This document shows positions 1-8,636 of a DNA stretch of 64,000 bases, piece by piece. How positions within the stretch are numbered: the first letter of the stretch is position 1; every line of letters starts with the position of its first letter. Made by a program: the position numbers and the translations under genes. The stretch spans positions 1,071,838 to 1,135,837 of the forward strand of contig OY760067.1 in NCBI GenBank assembly GCA_963662985.1. Reading direction: 5' to 3'. The stretch is from Anaerolineales bacterium (GTDB taxonomy: Bacteria > Chloroflexota > Anaerolineae > Anaerolineales > UBA11579). Below the pieces are notes generated by a model. It saw only the letters and a list, made by a program, of their open reading frames with translations, was not told where the DNA came from and ran no database searches.

Positions 1-676
1 CTGCCAAACCAGCCACAACACCAAGATCATGTGTAATCCAGATCAACGCCATGCCCAATTGATCACGCAAACGTTGCACCAAATCCACAATCTGTGCTTG
101 AATAGTCACGTCCAAAGCAGTGGTAGGTTCATCAGCAATCAACAAAGCAGGGTTACAAGCCAACCCCATTGCGATCATTGCGCGTTGGCGCATCCCACCA
201 GAAAATTGATGAGGATAATCGTCAAGTCTTTGACGTGCTTCAGGAATCCCAACCAAATTCAGCAACTCTTCTGCCCGTTTCATGGCTGCTTCCTCAGACA
301 TCCCCATATGCAATTTCAAGGGTTCGCATAATTGATACCCGATGGTTAAAACTGGATTCAAAGATGTCATAGGGTCTTGGAAGATCATGGCCAATTCACT
401 ACCACGAATTTTTTGCATCTCTTCTTTTGTGAATTGGGTAAGTTCTTTACCTTTGAATTTAATCGATTCCGCCTTAATTTCTGCGGGGGGCTCTTGGAGC
501 AATTTCATCACGGACATCATAGAAACACTCTTGCCGCAACCACTTTCTCCAACAATACCTAAAGCTTCGCCTTCATACAAATTATAAGTGATACCATTTA
601 CAGCATGTACGATACCATCATGGGTGTCAAAAGTTGTACGAAGGTCTTTTATTTCAAGAATCGCCTTTTTTTCCAA
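1..676 (-). CDS. ABC transporter ATP-binding protein, oligopeptide/dipeptide (OppD/DppD) type; C-terminus cut by window edge
   Basis: This ORF is not in the track because it runs off the edge. My - strand translation gives [52 protein letters not shown] (Walker A). Further on it gives [51 protein letters not shown] (signature plus Walker B). The TTG start at 674-676 is preceded by AGGAG at 683-687. Confidence 0.85.
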   Translation of the reverse strand, partial: MEKKAILEIKDLRTTFDTHDGIVHAVNGITYNLYEGEALGIVGESGCGKSVSMMSVMKLLQEPPAEIKAESIKFKGKELTQFTKEEMQKIRGSELAMIFQDPMTSLNPVLTIGYQLCEPLKLHMGMSEEAAMKRAEELLNLVGIPEARQRLDDYPHQFSGGMRQRAMIAMGLACNPALLIADEPTTALDVTIQAQIVDLVQRLRDQLGMALIWITHDLGVVAGLA

Positions 677-915
677 TGTATACTCCTGTTTCGCAAATTC
701 AGCAAAATTTCGCCTCATTTGCTGTTCGGTGTTCTTATTATCAAATCCTTCTATTCTCTTTCATTAATAAAAAATGAGTTGAAAATAAGAAGCCTCTCAT
801 AATAAGATGGTTTATTATAAAACATCTTAGCAATTTTGTCAGTAAGAAAAATCAATATTAATATTTTAAGGTTTCTAAAATAGATGTATAATACTGCATA
901 CGGACAGAAAAACCT

Positions 916-1830
916 ATGGAAAAACTAATAAATGAACCAAAATTCAAACGATTTAGCAAAATTGCAATTGATATCATCCTCGAAACCAATAATCGATTTA
1001 ACAAAAATCGTGCCATCGATGGCGCCGCAGCAATTTCCTACTACGTCGTCTTTTCCATCTTTCCTCTAGTTTCATTACTAGTAGTTCTCGCCGCATCCTT
1101 CTTAGAACCTGATGCAGCCAAAGATTTTGTCTTCAACACCATCCAACAGCTCATCCCCGGCGCGCAAGATGGAATTCTCAATTATATTGAACAAGTTCTC
1201 ATGAACCCTCGCACGCTCTCCATCCCAGCTGGGATTGGTCTCGCTTGGTCTGCCAGTGGAATGTTCACCACACTTGGTATGCAACTCAACCGTGCTTGGC
1301 CAAATGGACAAAGCCGAGGCTTTATTAAACAAAAGATCATTGGCATTGCCATGATCGGCGTGCTTTTTATGATAATGATCTTGTCCCTTTTCAGCACCAC
1401 CCTACTCAAATTTGTGCCTTGGGATAAATTAGTATTTTTAGAGATCATCAACTTTGATCAAGCTAAATTGATTCAAAGCTTTTCTTTCATTATACCTTTT
1501 ATATTAAGAACAATCTTACTTTGGGCACTTTATTACTTTGTACCCAACCAAAACAATGTCATCCCTGGTGCCGCACTCATTGGAGCTACCTTTTCATCAA
1601 TCATTTGGGAGATCACCATCAAATTCTTCACTTGGTATCTCAGTAGCAGTTTCGCTAGATACGAAATTATCTATGGATCTCTTGGATCCATCATCGCCTT
1701 TATGTTCTGGGTCTTTATAATTAGCTATATCTTAATCATCGGGGGCTATTTAGTCGCCACCATCGATCTACACATCAAGAGAAATCGTTTTCCTTCTCAA
1801 ACAGTCAAGAAAGAAGTTTTCCCTGCATAG
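916..1830 (+). CDS. YihY/BrkB family membrane protein
   Basis: This is a 304-aa polytopic membrane protein. The N-terminal block RAIDGAAAISYYVVFSIFPLVSLLVVL is typical of the YihY family. A TGTATAAT extended -10 sits at 885-892. Confidence 0.75.
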   Translation: MEKLINEPKFKRFSKIAIDIILETNNRFNKNRAIDGAAAISYYVVFSIFPLVSLLVVLAASFLEPDAAKDFVFNTIQQLIPGAQDGILNYIEQVLMNPRTLSIPAGIGLAWSASGMFTTLGMQLNRAWPNGQSRGFIKQKIIGIAMIGVLFMIMILSLFSTTLLKFVPWDKLVFLEIINFDQAKLIQSFSFIIPFILRTILLWALYYFVPNQNNVIPGAALIGATFSSIIWEITIKFFTWYLSSSFARYEIIYGSLGSIIAFMFWVFIISYILIIGGYLVATIDLHIKRNRFPSQTVKKEVFPA

Positions 1831-3124
1831 ACCAAGGTCCTGTCCAAACAATTTCCACATCCACTAATTGACCTTGAAGATCTTCTTCACTTTCAGTGAA
1901 CACCAAACGCATTGTTTCCGTACGTCCACGCCATCGTCCACGCACCTTTTCTTCAAATAACACAGGAACTGTTTGTCCCAAATAAGCTTCATTCAATTCG
2001 CCAACAATTCGCTTTTGTTGATCTTCCAACAAACGGAATCGGCGCCATTTTTCTTCGTCAGTTACATTATCAACCATCTTACGAGTTGCCAATGTCCCCG
2101 GTCGGCTAGAATAACGCGCTAAATGAGCCACGTCCACGCGCAAATCTTCCAAAAGATCATAAGTTACTTGGAATTGTTCATCTGTTTCGCCCGGGAAACC
2201 CACAATAATATCAGTGCCAATCGACACGTCCGGAATGCGTTCTCGGATATTGTTCACCAAAGCACGATAATCCGCATTTGTATACCCACGGCGCATATTT
2301 TCCAAAACTTCATCATCGCCGGCTTGCACAGGCACTTCAATATGTTTCATCAATTTTGGCAAATCTGCCACTGCATCCAACAAATCATCTGTCATATACT
2401 TCGGATGAGAAGTCAAAAATCGCAACCGTTCCAACCCTGGCAGATCATGCACCTTGCGCAGCAACCAAGCCAACGTTTCTCCATTCTCCAAATCCAAACC
2501 ATAACGGTCTACAATTTGACCTAACAAAGTAATCTCTTTCACGCCTTGATCCAACAAAGCCTGACACTCTTCCAAAATCACATCTGCCGGACGGCTGATC
2601 TCTTTTCCGCGGCGATACGGAATAATACAATACGCACATGCATGAGAGCATCCCAAAACGATCGGCACATAATCGCTGACCAAATTTCCTTTAGTTTCTT
2701 CGGTCAACACCAAATCACCATCTAAAATTGCATTCCTTTTTTCAAGGTAATCCGTCTCGGAGGTAATTCCATCTTGAGTCAATAATGCATCAATTAAAGG
2801 GCTTGGATCAGAAGGAGGAGCAAAAACATCTACCCATGGCAATTTTTCCACCAAGGCATCATTTTTTCGGTTCCCCACCATACACCCCATCAAACAGATC
2901 GTCGCATTAGGATTTTCTTTTTTCTTAGCACGTAATGAATTTAAATAATTATAGGCCTTATCTTCTGCGCTCTGTCGCACCATACAAGTATTGACGACAA
3001 TCACATCTGCATCTGCTGCTTTTTCTTCTGCAGCAGTGTAGCCCATTTTTTCCAAAGCAGAAGCTGTTCTTCTCGAATCAGCCACATTCATCTGACAACC
3101 AGCAGTCCAAATATAATATTTCAT
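1805..3124 (-). CDS. miaB: tRNA-2-methylthio-N6-dimethylallyladenosine synthase (radical SAM methylthiotransferase MiaB)
   Basis: The protein has the KYYIWTAGCQMNVADS N-terminal MTTase motif, the radical SAM CSHACAYCIIPYRRG motif and a C-terminal TRAM-like region. The track start is a TTG at 3148. I prefer the ATG at 3122-3124 (MKYYIW...). Confidence 0.9.
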   Translation of the reverse strand: MKYYIWTAGCQMNVADSRRTASALEKMGYTAAEEKAADADVIVVNTCMVRQSAEDKAYNYLNSLRAKKKENPNATICLMGCMVGNRKNDALVEKLPWVDVFAPPSDPSPLIDALLTQDGITSETDYLEKRNAILDGDLVLTEETKGNLVSDYVPIVLGCSHACAYCIIPYRRGKEISRPADVILEECQALLDQGVKEITLLGQIVDRYGLDLENGETLAWLLRKVHDLPGLERLRFLTSHPKYMTDDLLDAVADLPKLMKHIEVPVQAGDDEVLENMRRGYTNADYRALVNNIRERIPDVSIGTDIIVGFPGETDEQFQVTYDLLEDLRVDVAHLARYSSRPGTLATRKMVDNVTDEEKWRRFRLLEDQQKRIVGELNEAYLGQTVPVLFEEKVRGRWRGRTETMRLVFTESEEDLQGQLVDVEIVWTGPWSMQGKLLS

Positions 3125-3287
3125 GAGGGTGATTATACCTGACATCAACTAAAAAACCTATATTGGATAAAACTTAGAATGATTAGAATTTACTCAAACA
3201 CCAAATTTCTCATATAAAATAGAAGAATTGTAAAAATCAAATTAAAAGATTGAAATAATTTAAAAAAATAAAAGTACAATAAGCACT

Positions 3288-4535
3288 ATGAAAAAAAGAC
3301 AACGCCAAACACAAATCCTACTCATAATCATCCTTTTTGTTTTACTCATCGCCACACTGCTCCTCATTCCCCGTACCCGTTCATTTATAGACTGGCAATG
3401 GATTAAAGCAAAAGTTTATATTCAAGATAAGATCAATCCCATCGAAGCTCCTCCCACCCCAAACATAGTGGCCTCATCCACACCACCAGTGCTTCCTACT
3501 TCAACGCTAGCTCCCCCCACCGCTACACCTGATCTCAGCACCCCCACACCGCTTCCCACAGCAACAGCCACACCTCTCCCTCAAAGTGTGCTCATAGATG
3601 CCACCTACCATGAATTTCAAGATATGAATAACTGTGGCCCCGCTTCACTCAGCATGTACCTTCATTACTATGGTTGGCAAGGCGATCAATTTGATGTCTT
3701 TGATTTCACCAAAACAGAACGTGCCGATCGCAATGTTAACATTGAAGAAATGGACTACTTCGTCCGCATGAACGCTGGTTGGCTCACCACTCAATTCCGC
3801 GTGGGTGGCACCATTGATTTACTCAAAAAATTCATCGCCAATGGCATCCCCGTACTCACTGAAACCTCATTCTCCTTTGATGAATCCTACTACTCCAACG
3901 ATGATCGCTGGGCTGGTCACTATCAATATCTCATTGGCTATGATGACAGCATTCAATCCTTCACCATTCAAGATTCCTATTATGGTCCCGACCAAGTTAA
4001 AACCTATCAAGATTTTAAAGATGAATGGCAAAGCTTCAACTACGTCTTTATGCTCATCTATCTCCCCACTCAAGCTGATCTTGTGACTGAGATTCTAGGC
4101 GAATACAACTCCATGGAAGCCAGCCGTAACATTGCTACCAATATTGCACTTAACGAAATTGAACAAGACCCAGAAGATGTGTTTGCATGGTTCAATCTTG
4201 CTACCAATCAAACTTATTTTGAAGAATACGCCACAGCCGCCGACACCTATGATCACGCCCGCTCACTCGGTTTACCGCAGCGCATGTTCCGCTATCAATT
4301 TGGTCCCTTCTTAGCCTATTACCACTCGGGTCGCACCGAAGACCTGCTTGACCTCTTAGACTACGCTCTCCAAGTCACTCCTAATTCAGAAGAAGCCCTC
4401 CTTTGGAAAGGTTGGGCAGAATACCGTCTCGGCAACAGCCAAGCAGCCGTAAACGCATTTTTAGAGGCCTATAAAAACAACAGCAAATCTACAGACGTAC
4501 TCTATGCCTTAGATTACATGGGCATTCCCTATTAA
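3288..4535 (+). CDS. Membrane-anchored peptidase C39-like domain protein with Pro/Thr-rich linker and C-terminal TPR-like repeats
   Basis: An N-terminal TM segment (ILLIIILFVLLIATLLLI) is followed by a PT-rich linker. NNCGPASLSMYLHYYGW is a C39-like Cys motif, with a later WAGHYQYLIGYDD His. The helical repeat tail reads LLWKGWAEYRLGNSQAAVNAFLEAY. Confidence 0.55.
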   Translation: MKKRQRQTQILLIIILFVLLIATLLLIPRTRSFIDWQWIKAKVYIQDKINPIEAPPTPNIVASSTPPVLPTSTLAPPTATPDLSTPTPLPTATATPLPQSVLIDATYHEFQDMNNCGPASLSMYLHYYGWQGDQFDVFDFTKTERADRNVNIEEMDYFVRMNAGWLTTQFRVGGTIDLLKKFIANGIPVLTETSFSFDESYYSNDDRWAGHYQYLIGYDDSIQSFTIQDSYYGPDQVKTYQDFKDEWQSFNYVFMLIYLPTQADLVTEILGEYNSMEASRNIATNIALNEIEQDPEDVFAWFNLATNQTYFEEYATAADTYDHARSLGLPQRMFRYQFGPFLAYYHSGRTEDLLDLLDYALQVTPNSEEALLWKGWAEYRLGNSQAAVNAFLEAYKNNSKSTDVLYALDYMGIPY

Positions 4536-4626
4536 TCTAGATTAAATAGAATTGAAAATCTTAATATGAGAGTTTTGTTCTTGTCTTTGAAAATCTCTTA
4601 TAATTTAGGAAAGAAGGGAAGAAATC

Positions 4627-4881
4627 ATGCAAGAAATAAATTTTGATCCAAACGCCAGTAAAGAAGAACGCCTTCAAAGCCTCTTAGAAAAAGTGAGCGC
4701 CTATATCGAGCAATACCACGGCGGTTCAGTCAGCATGGTAGGTTTCGATGGCAAGATCCTCAAGGTCAAGTTAGGCGGCGCTTGCGATGGTTGCGCACTC
4801 ACCAAAACCACTCTTCAAGGCTGGGTAAAAGGCACCGTCAAACAATTTTTCCCAGAAGTAGAAGACGTAATAGAAGCTTAA
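4627..4881 (+). CDS. NifU-like (Nfu-type) Fe-S cluster domain protein
   Basis: This is an 84-aa protein. GGSVSMVGFDGKILKVKLGGACDGCALTKTTLQGWV carries the CxxC motif of the NifU C-terminal domain. Confidence 0.8.
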   Translation: MQEINFDPNASKEERLQSLLEKVSAYIEQYHGGSVSMVGFDGKILKVKLGGACDGCALTKTTLQGWVKGTVKQFFPEVEDVIEA

Positions 4882-4892
4882 AAGCCTATTTA

Positions 4893-5840
4893 TTAAACTG
4901 TTACAATCCGTCCTTCTGCCAAATACTGTTGTTCTCGTCGCACAGTTTCCACAATCTTATCAGCCCGTAACTGATCAAGCGTATAAATTTGTGCCTTTAA
5001 ATGTTTTGCCAATTTTTTGGAATGTCCCTCATCAAATGAGAACCCTTCCATGTCCACCACCACGCTCTGAATATCATCTTTCGCAATTTCTTCAGCCAAG
5101 CGATGTGCTTCTTTTTCAGGAGCTTCTTTCCCAATCGCCACATTGCCAGCCCCATCTGTCAGCAAAATAATCAAAGGCATCACATCCGGATGTTTCATCC
5201 GTTCCAAACGCACAACCTCATGCGCTAAATAAAGCCCTGCGGATAAAGGCGTCTTTCCACCAATCGGAATATCAGCCAAAGCTCGCTCTGCTAATTGTGT
5301 AGAGTTTGTCGGTGGCAAAATTAAATTAGCCCGATCCTTCTGAAAAACGATTAACCCTACTCGGTCTCGGCGCTGATACGCATCAGTCAACAAAGAGAAA
5401 ATCGCACCCTTTGTGGCTTCCATACGCTCTGCCACCGCCATAGACCAGCTCGCATCCACCACAAACAGCACCAAATTGGCCGCCTTGCGCACCCGAACTT
5501 TTTCTTTAATATCACTCTTACGGATTTTAAACGCCACATTCTGATTAAAATCCTTTCGTGCCTGCTGATATGGTGCTGCAGCTCGAATTGTCGCATCAAA
5601 TGCCACATCCCGCACTTTTCCTCGTGGTTCTCGCGCCCGAATATAACGTCCCCGCTTCCGATCCGTTTTCGTACGCGAACGTTTTCCACCTTGTCGGCGA
5701 GAAAACTTATCTAATGGATTATCAATTTTTCTTGGAACAAAAGATTCCGTTGCATCTGCCTGAATACCCCCATCCCACCAGAACGCATCCGAATCATCAA
5801 AGACGTCTTCCTCCTGGGGTGTTTGTTCCCCAGGATTCAC
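4893..5840 (-). CDS. VWA domain protein resembling the C-terminal half of Mg-chelatase subunit D (ChlD/BchD)
   Basis: A basic segment reads KRGRYIRAREPRGKVRDVAFDATIRAAAPYQ, as in the BchD middle region. The VWA MIDAS motif is LVLFVVDASWSMA, followed by GGKTPLSAGL and LLTDGAGN. Confidence 0.75.
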   Translation of the reverse strand: MNPGEQTPQEEDVFDDSDAFWWDGGIQADATESFVPRKIDNPLDKFSRRQGGKRSRTKTDRKRGRYIRAREPRGKVRDVAFDATIRAAAPYQQARKDFNQNVAFKIRKSDIKEKVRVRKAANLVLFVVDASWSMAVAERMEATKGAIFSLLTDAYQRRDRVGLIVFQKDRANLILPPTNSTQLAERALADIPIGGKTPLSAGLYLAHEVVRLERMKHPDVMPLIILLTDGAGNVAIGKEAPEKEAHRLAEEIAKDDIQSVVVDMEGFSFDEGHSKKLAKHLKAQIYTLDQLRADKIVETVRREQQYLAEGRIVTV

Positions 5841-5851
5841 GTCAGAGCTAG

Positions 5852-6979
5852 CTACTTGGTGGTTATCTCCACTTTTTTTTTATCTTTTTTCTCTGCTTCT
5901 GTGCCTTCTTCATTATTAGAATTAGGTTGCGGCTTCCCCTTCAACTCATCTTCTGTTTCCATCTCAGCAATTTTCTCTTCCAAAGAACCAGCGCTCAAAT
6001 CCTTACTTTTCGTAAAGTTTTGTTTCACTCGATGAGGCAAAGCTAATTCAGCAGCAATCGCAATATCTAAATCATTAATCGCACGCCGTCCTTCATAAGC
6101 AGCATTGGCGCGTGCAGCCTTCAAAATCACCAAATCAGCTCGATGTCCATCCACGCCCAAATCTGTGGTCAACATCGCAATTTGCAACAAATTTCGTGAG
6201 GTATAACTCACCAAATCCACCAGATCACGCGCTCGCACAATCTCTTCTGCCAACGCATTTTCTTTTTCCAGCCATTGTGCGCGGAAAGCTTCTGGATCCT
6301 CTTCAAATGCAATATTCCGTTGCATAATTGCTACACGCTCACGTGCACCAGCGATCCCAAAAATATCCACAGCAAAAGCAAAACGATCTAACAACTGCGG
6401 TCGCAAATCCCCTTCTTCAGGGTTCATCGTCCCCACCAAAATAAAATGAGAAGGATGAGAAAATGAAATTCCTTCACGTTCCACAATATTCACGCCCATC
6501 GCAGCCGAATCCAACAACAAATCCACCACATGGTCGTCCAACAAATTCACTTCATCAATATAAAGCAACCCACGGTTTGCCGAAGCCAACACACCCGGCT
6601 CAAAATCTCGTTCCCCTTTTTGAATCGCCTTTTCAATATCCAAAGTCCCCACCACACGGTCTTCCGTCGCGCTAACAGGCAAATCAACAAAACGAATTTT
6701 TCGTCTTTCAATCTTCAATTCTTCGCCCTTGGCCTTCTTTTCCAAAACCCAGTCAGACCATGTTTCCGGTTTCTTCGGATCATCATTAAAAGGAGACCCT
6801 ACAAACACTTCCACTTCAGGCAAAAGTTCTGCCAAAGCACGCGCTGCGGTAGATTTTGCAGTCCCGCGTTCTCCACGGATTAAAACACCACCAATTCGTT
6901 GATCGATTGCACACAAAATTAATGCACGTTTCATCTGTGCCTGTCCAACAATAGCAGTAAATGGATAAGTTGTTCTCAT
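5852..6979 (-). CDS. AAA+ ATPase of the Mg-chelatase subunit I (ChlI/BchI) family with acidic/Lys-rich C-terminal tail
   Basis: YPFTAIVGQAQMKRALILCAIDQRIGGVLIRGERGTAKSTAARALAELLP carries the Walker A motif. LLYIDEVNLLDDHVVDLLLD carries Walker B. GTMNPEEGDLRPQLLDRF is also present. The gene ends 11 nt upstream of the VWA gene. Confidence 0.8.
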   Translation of the reverse strand: MRTTYPFTAIVGQAQMKRALILCAIDQRIGGVLIRGERGTAKSTAARALAELLPEVEVFVGSPFNDDPKKPETWSDWVLEKKAKGEELKIERRKIRFVDLPVSATEDRVVGTLDIEKAIQKGERDFEPGVLASANRGLLYIDEVNLLDDHVVDLLLDSAAMGVNIVEREGISFSHPSHFILVGTMNPEEGDLRPQLLDRFAFAVDIFGIAGARERVAIMQRNIAFEEDPEAFRAQWLEKENALAEEIVRARDLVDLVSYTSRNLLQIAMLTTDLGVDGHRADLVILKAARANAAYEGRRAINDLDIAIAAELALPHRVKQNFTKSKDLSAGSLEEKIAEMETEDELKGKPQPNSNNEEGTEAEKKDKKKVEITTK

Positions 6980-7093
6980 AGATTTCCTTATGATTTAATA
7001 GTATTTTTTGATTTTCCTTTGCGGATTCTATCATAAACTTGACATTTATTGTGCGATATAACTTACTTTTTTCATGATTTCATCATTTAAAGG

Positions 7094-7122
7094 TTGATAA
7101 ATAAGAATAAGCCCTTTATAAT
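7094..7122 (+). promoter_or_regulatory. Sigma70-type promoter candidate for rpsA
   Basis: The elements are TTGATA (7094-7099), a 17-nt spacer and TATAAT (7117-7122). GGAG at 7140-7143 precedes the ATG at 7153. Confidence 0.6.
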
Positions 7123-7152
7123 GATAAAATCTATTTATTGGAGTTGTAATTA

Positions 7153-8409
7153 ATGAAACAAGACGAAACCCTCAACGGGAACCCAGAAGTAACACCAGAA
7201 ACAAATGAGAATGAAACAATGTCCATGGAGGCGTTGTTAGCTCAAGAAGAATTTAGTCTTAATGTACCTCGCAAAGGTGAGGTTCGCACAGGTATGATCG
7301 CCAGCGTAAATGGTGATGAAATCCTTGTCAGCATTGGTGCTAAATCCGAAGGCATAATCCCATCTAACGAAATCTCACAACTTAGTGCAGATGAAAAAGC
7401 AAGTTTAAAAGTTGGCAACGAAATTAAAGTTTTAATTGTTAGCCCAGAAAACAAGCAAGGCACCGTGTTGTTATCCTACACACGTGCTCGTGAAGAAGAA
7501 GATTGGGTTGAAGCCGAGAATTTGATGAATGAAAACAAAGACTACGAAAGCAAAGTCGTTGGCTATAACAAAGGCGGCATTTTGGTAGGTTTGGGTTCAT
7601 TACGTGGTTTTGTACCCGCATCACAAGTCAGCTTACTCCGTCGCGCCGAACAAACTGGCCAAACACCAGAAGATCGTTGGGGCAGCATGGTTGGTGAACC
7701 AATCACAGTTCGTGTGATTGAAGTTGACCGCTTCCGCCGCCGCTTGATCATGTCCGAACGCGCAGCTGCAAGCGAATCTCGTGATGAAATCAAATCAAAA
7801 TTGATCACCATGCTCGAAATTGGCGAAACCTACAAAGGTCGCGTCACCAGCATGGCAAACTTTGGTGCTTTCATCAACATCAATGGTGTTGATGGCTTGG
7901 TCCACCTCTCAGAACTTTCCTGGGAACATGTGAACCACCCCAAAGATATCCTCAAGATTGGTCAAGAAGTCAACGCCAAAGTCATCAACATTGATGAAGA
8001 AACAAAACGTGTTGGTCTTTCCATTCGTTTGACAGAAAAAGACCCCTGGATGGAGAAAATTTCTGAATATCGCAATGGCCAATTGGTCGAAGGTGAAATC
8101 ACTCGCCTCACAAAATTCGGTGCATTCGCAAAAGTGGAAGACAACCTCGAAGGGTTGATCCATGTTTCCGAATTGAGCGACGCTCGAGTTGAACACCCCA
8201 AAGAGATCCTCGCAGTGGGTGACAAACTCACCTTGCGCATCATCAAGATCGACAAAGAACAACGTCGCTTAGGCCTCAGCTTACGCAAAGTTGACTCACT
8301 TGCTTATAACGACCTTGACTGGCAAATCGCTTTGGAAGATGTAGACGGTATCAATGTAACCCCTGCAGCAACCGAAGAAGAAAACGAATCTCCCGAAGCA
8401 GAAGCATAG
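7153..8409 (+). CDS. rpsA: 30S ribosomal protein S1
   Basis: This 418-aa protein has four repeated S1 motifs, for example GRVTSMANFGAFININGVDGLVHLSELS and GEITRLTKFGAFAKVEDNLEGLIHVSELS. Confidence 0.9.
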   Translation: MKQDETLNGNPEVTPETNENETMSMEALLAQEEFSLNVPRKGEVRTGMIASVNGDEILVSIGAKSEGIIPSNEISQLSADEKASLKVGNEIKVLIVSPENKQGTVLLSYTRAREEEDWVEAENLMNENKDYESKVVGYNKGGILVGLGSLRGFVPASQVSLLRRAEQTGQTPEDRWGSMVGEPITVRVIEVDRFRRRLIMSERAAASESRDEIKSKLITMLEIGETYKGRVTSMANFGAFININGVDGLVHLSELSWEHVNHPKDILKIGQEVNAKVINIDEETKRVGLSIRLTEKDPWMEKISEYRNGQLVEGEITRLTKFGAFAKVEDNLEGLIHVSELSDARVEHPKEILAVGDKLTLRIIKIDKEQRRLGLSLRKVDSLAYNDLDWQIALEDVDGINVTPAATEEENESPEAEA

Positions 8410-8430
8410 GGAAACCTCTTTTTCAAAAAC

Positions 8431-8462
8431 AAAGCGCATCAGTCAAATGATGCGCTTTTTAT
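8431..8462 (+). terminator. Rho-independent terminator after rpsA
   Basis: The stem pairs gcgcatc (8434-8440) with gatgcgc (8449-8455), followed by tttttat. Confidence 0.8.
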
Positions 8463-8636
8463 TTAACAGAACACTAAAGTAAAAAGCTTCTCCATGAAAC
8501 ACTCTATTATGTATTAACATTGCATAGGAACTTATTAAATTAACACTAAGTATCCCTTTCACATCAAATACTTTTTGGTAGAATCTTAATATGCAGAATT
8601 GGATTTATTTTTATTATTCAAGAAATGGAGGGTACC

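Noticed and set aside
8540-8624. I looked for a CtsR-type operator (tandem GGTCAAA heptads) upstream of clpC.
   Set aside because: Only a single AGTCAAA occurs, and it lies inside the rpsA terminator loop. No tandem repeat is present, so no CtsR box is called.
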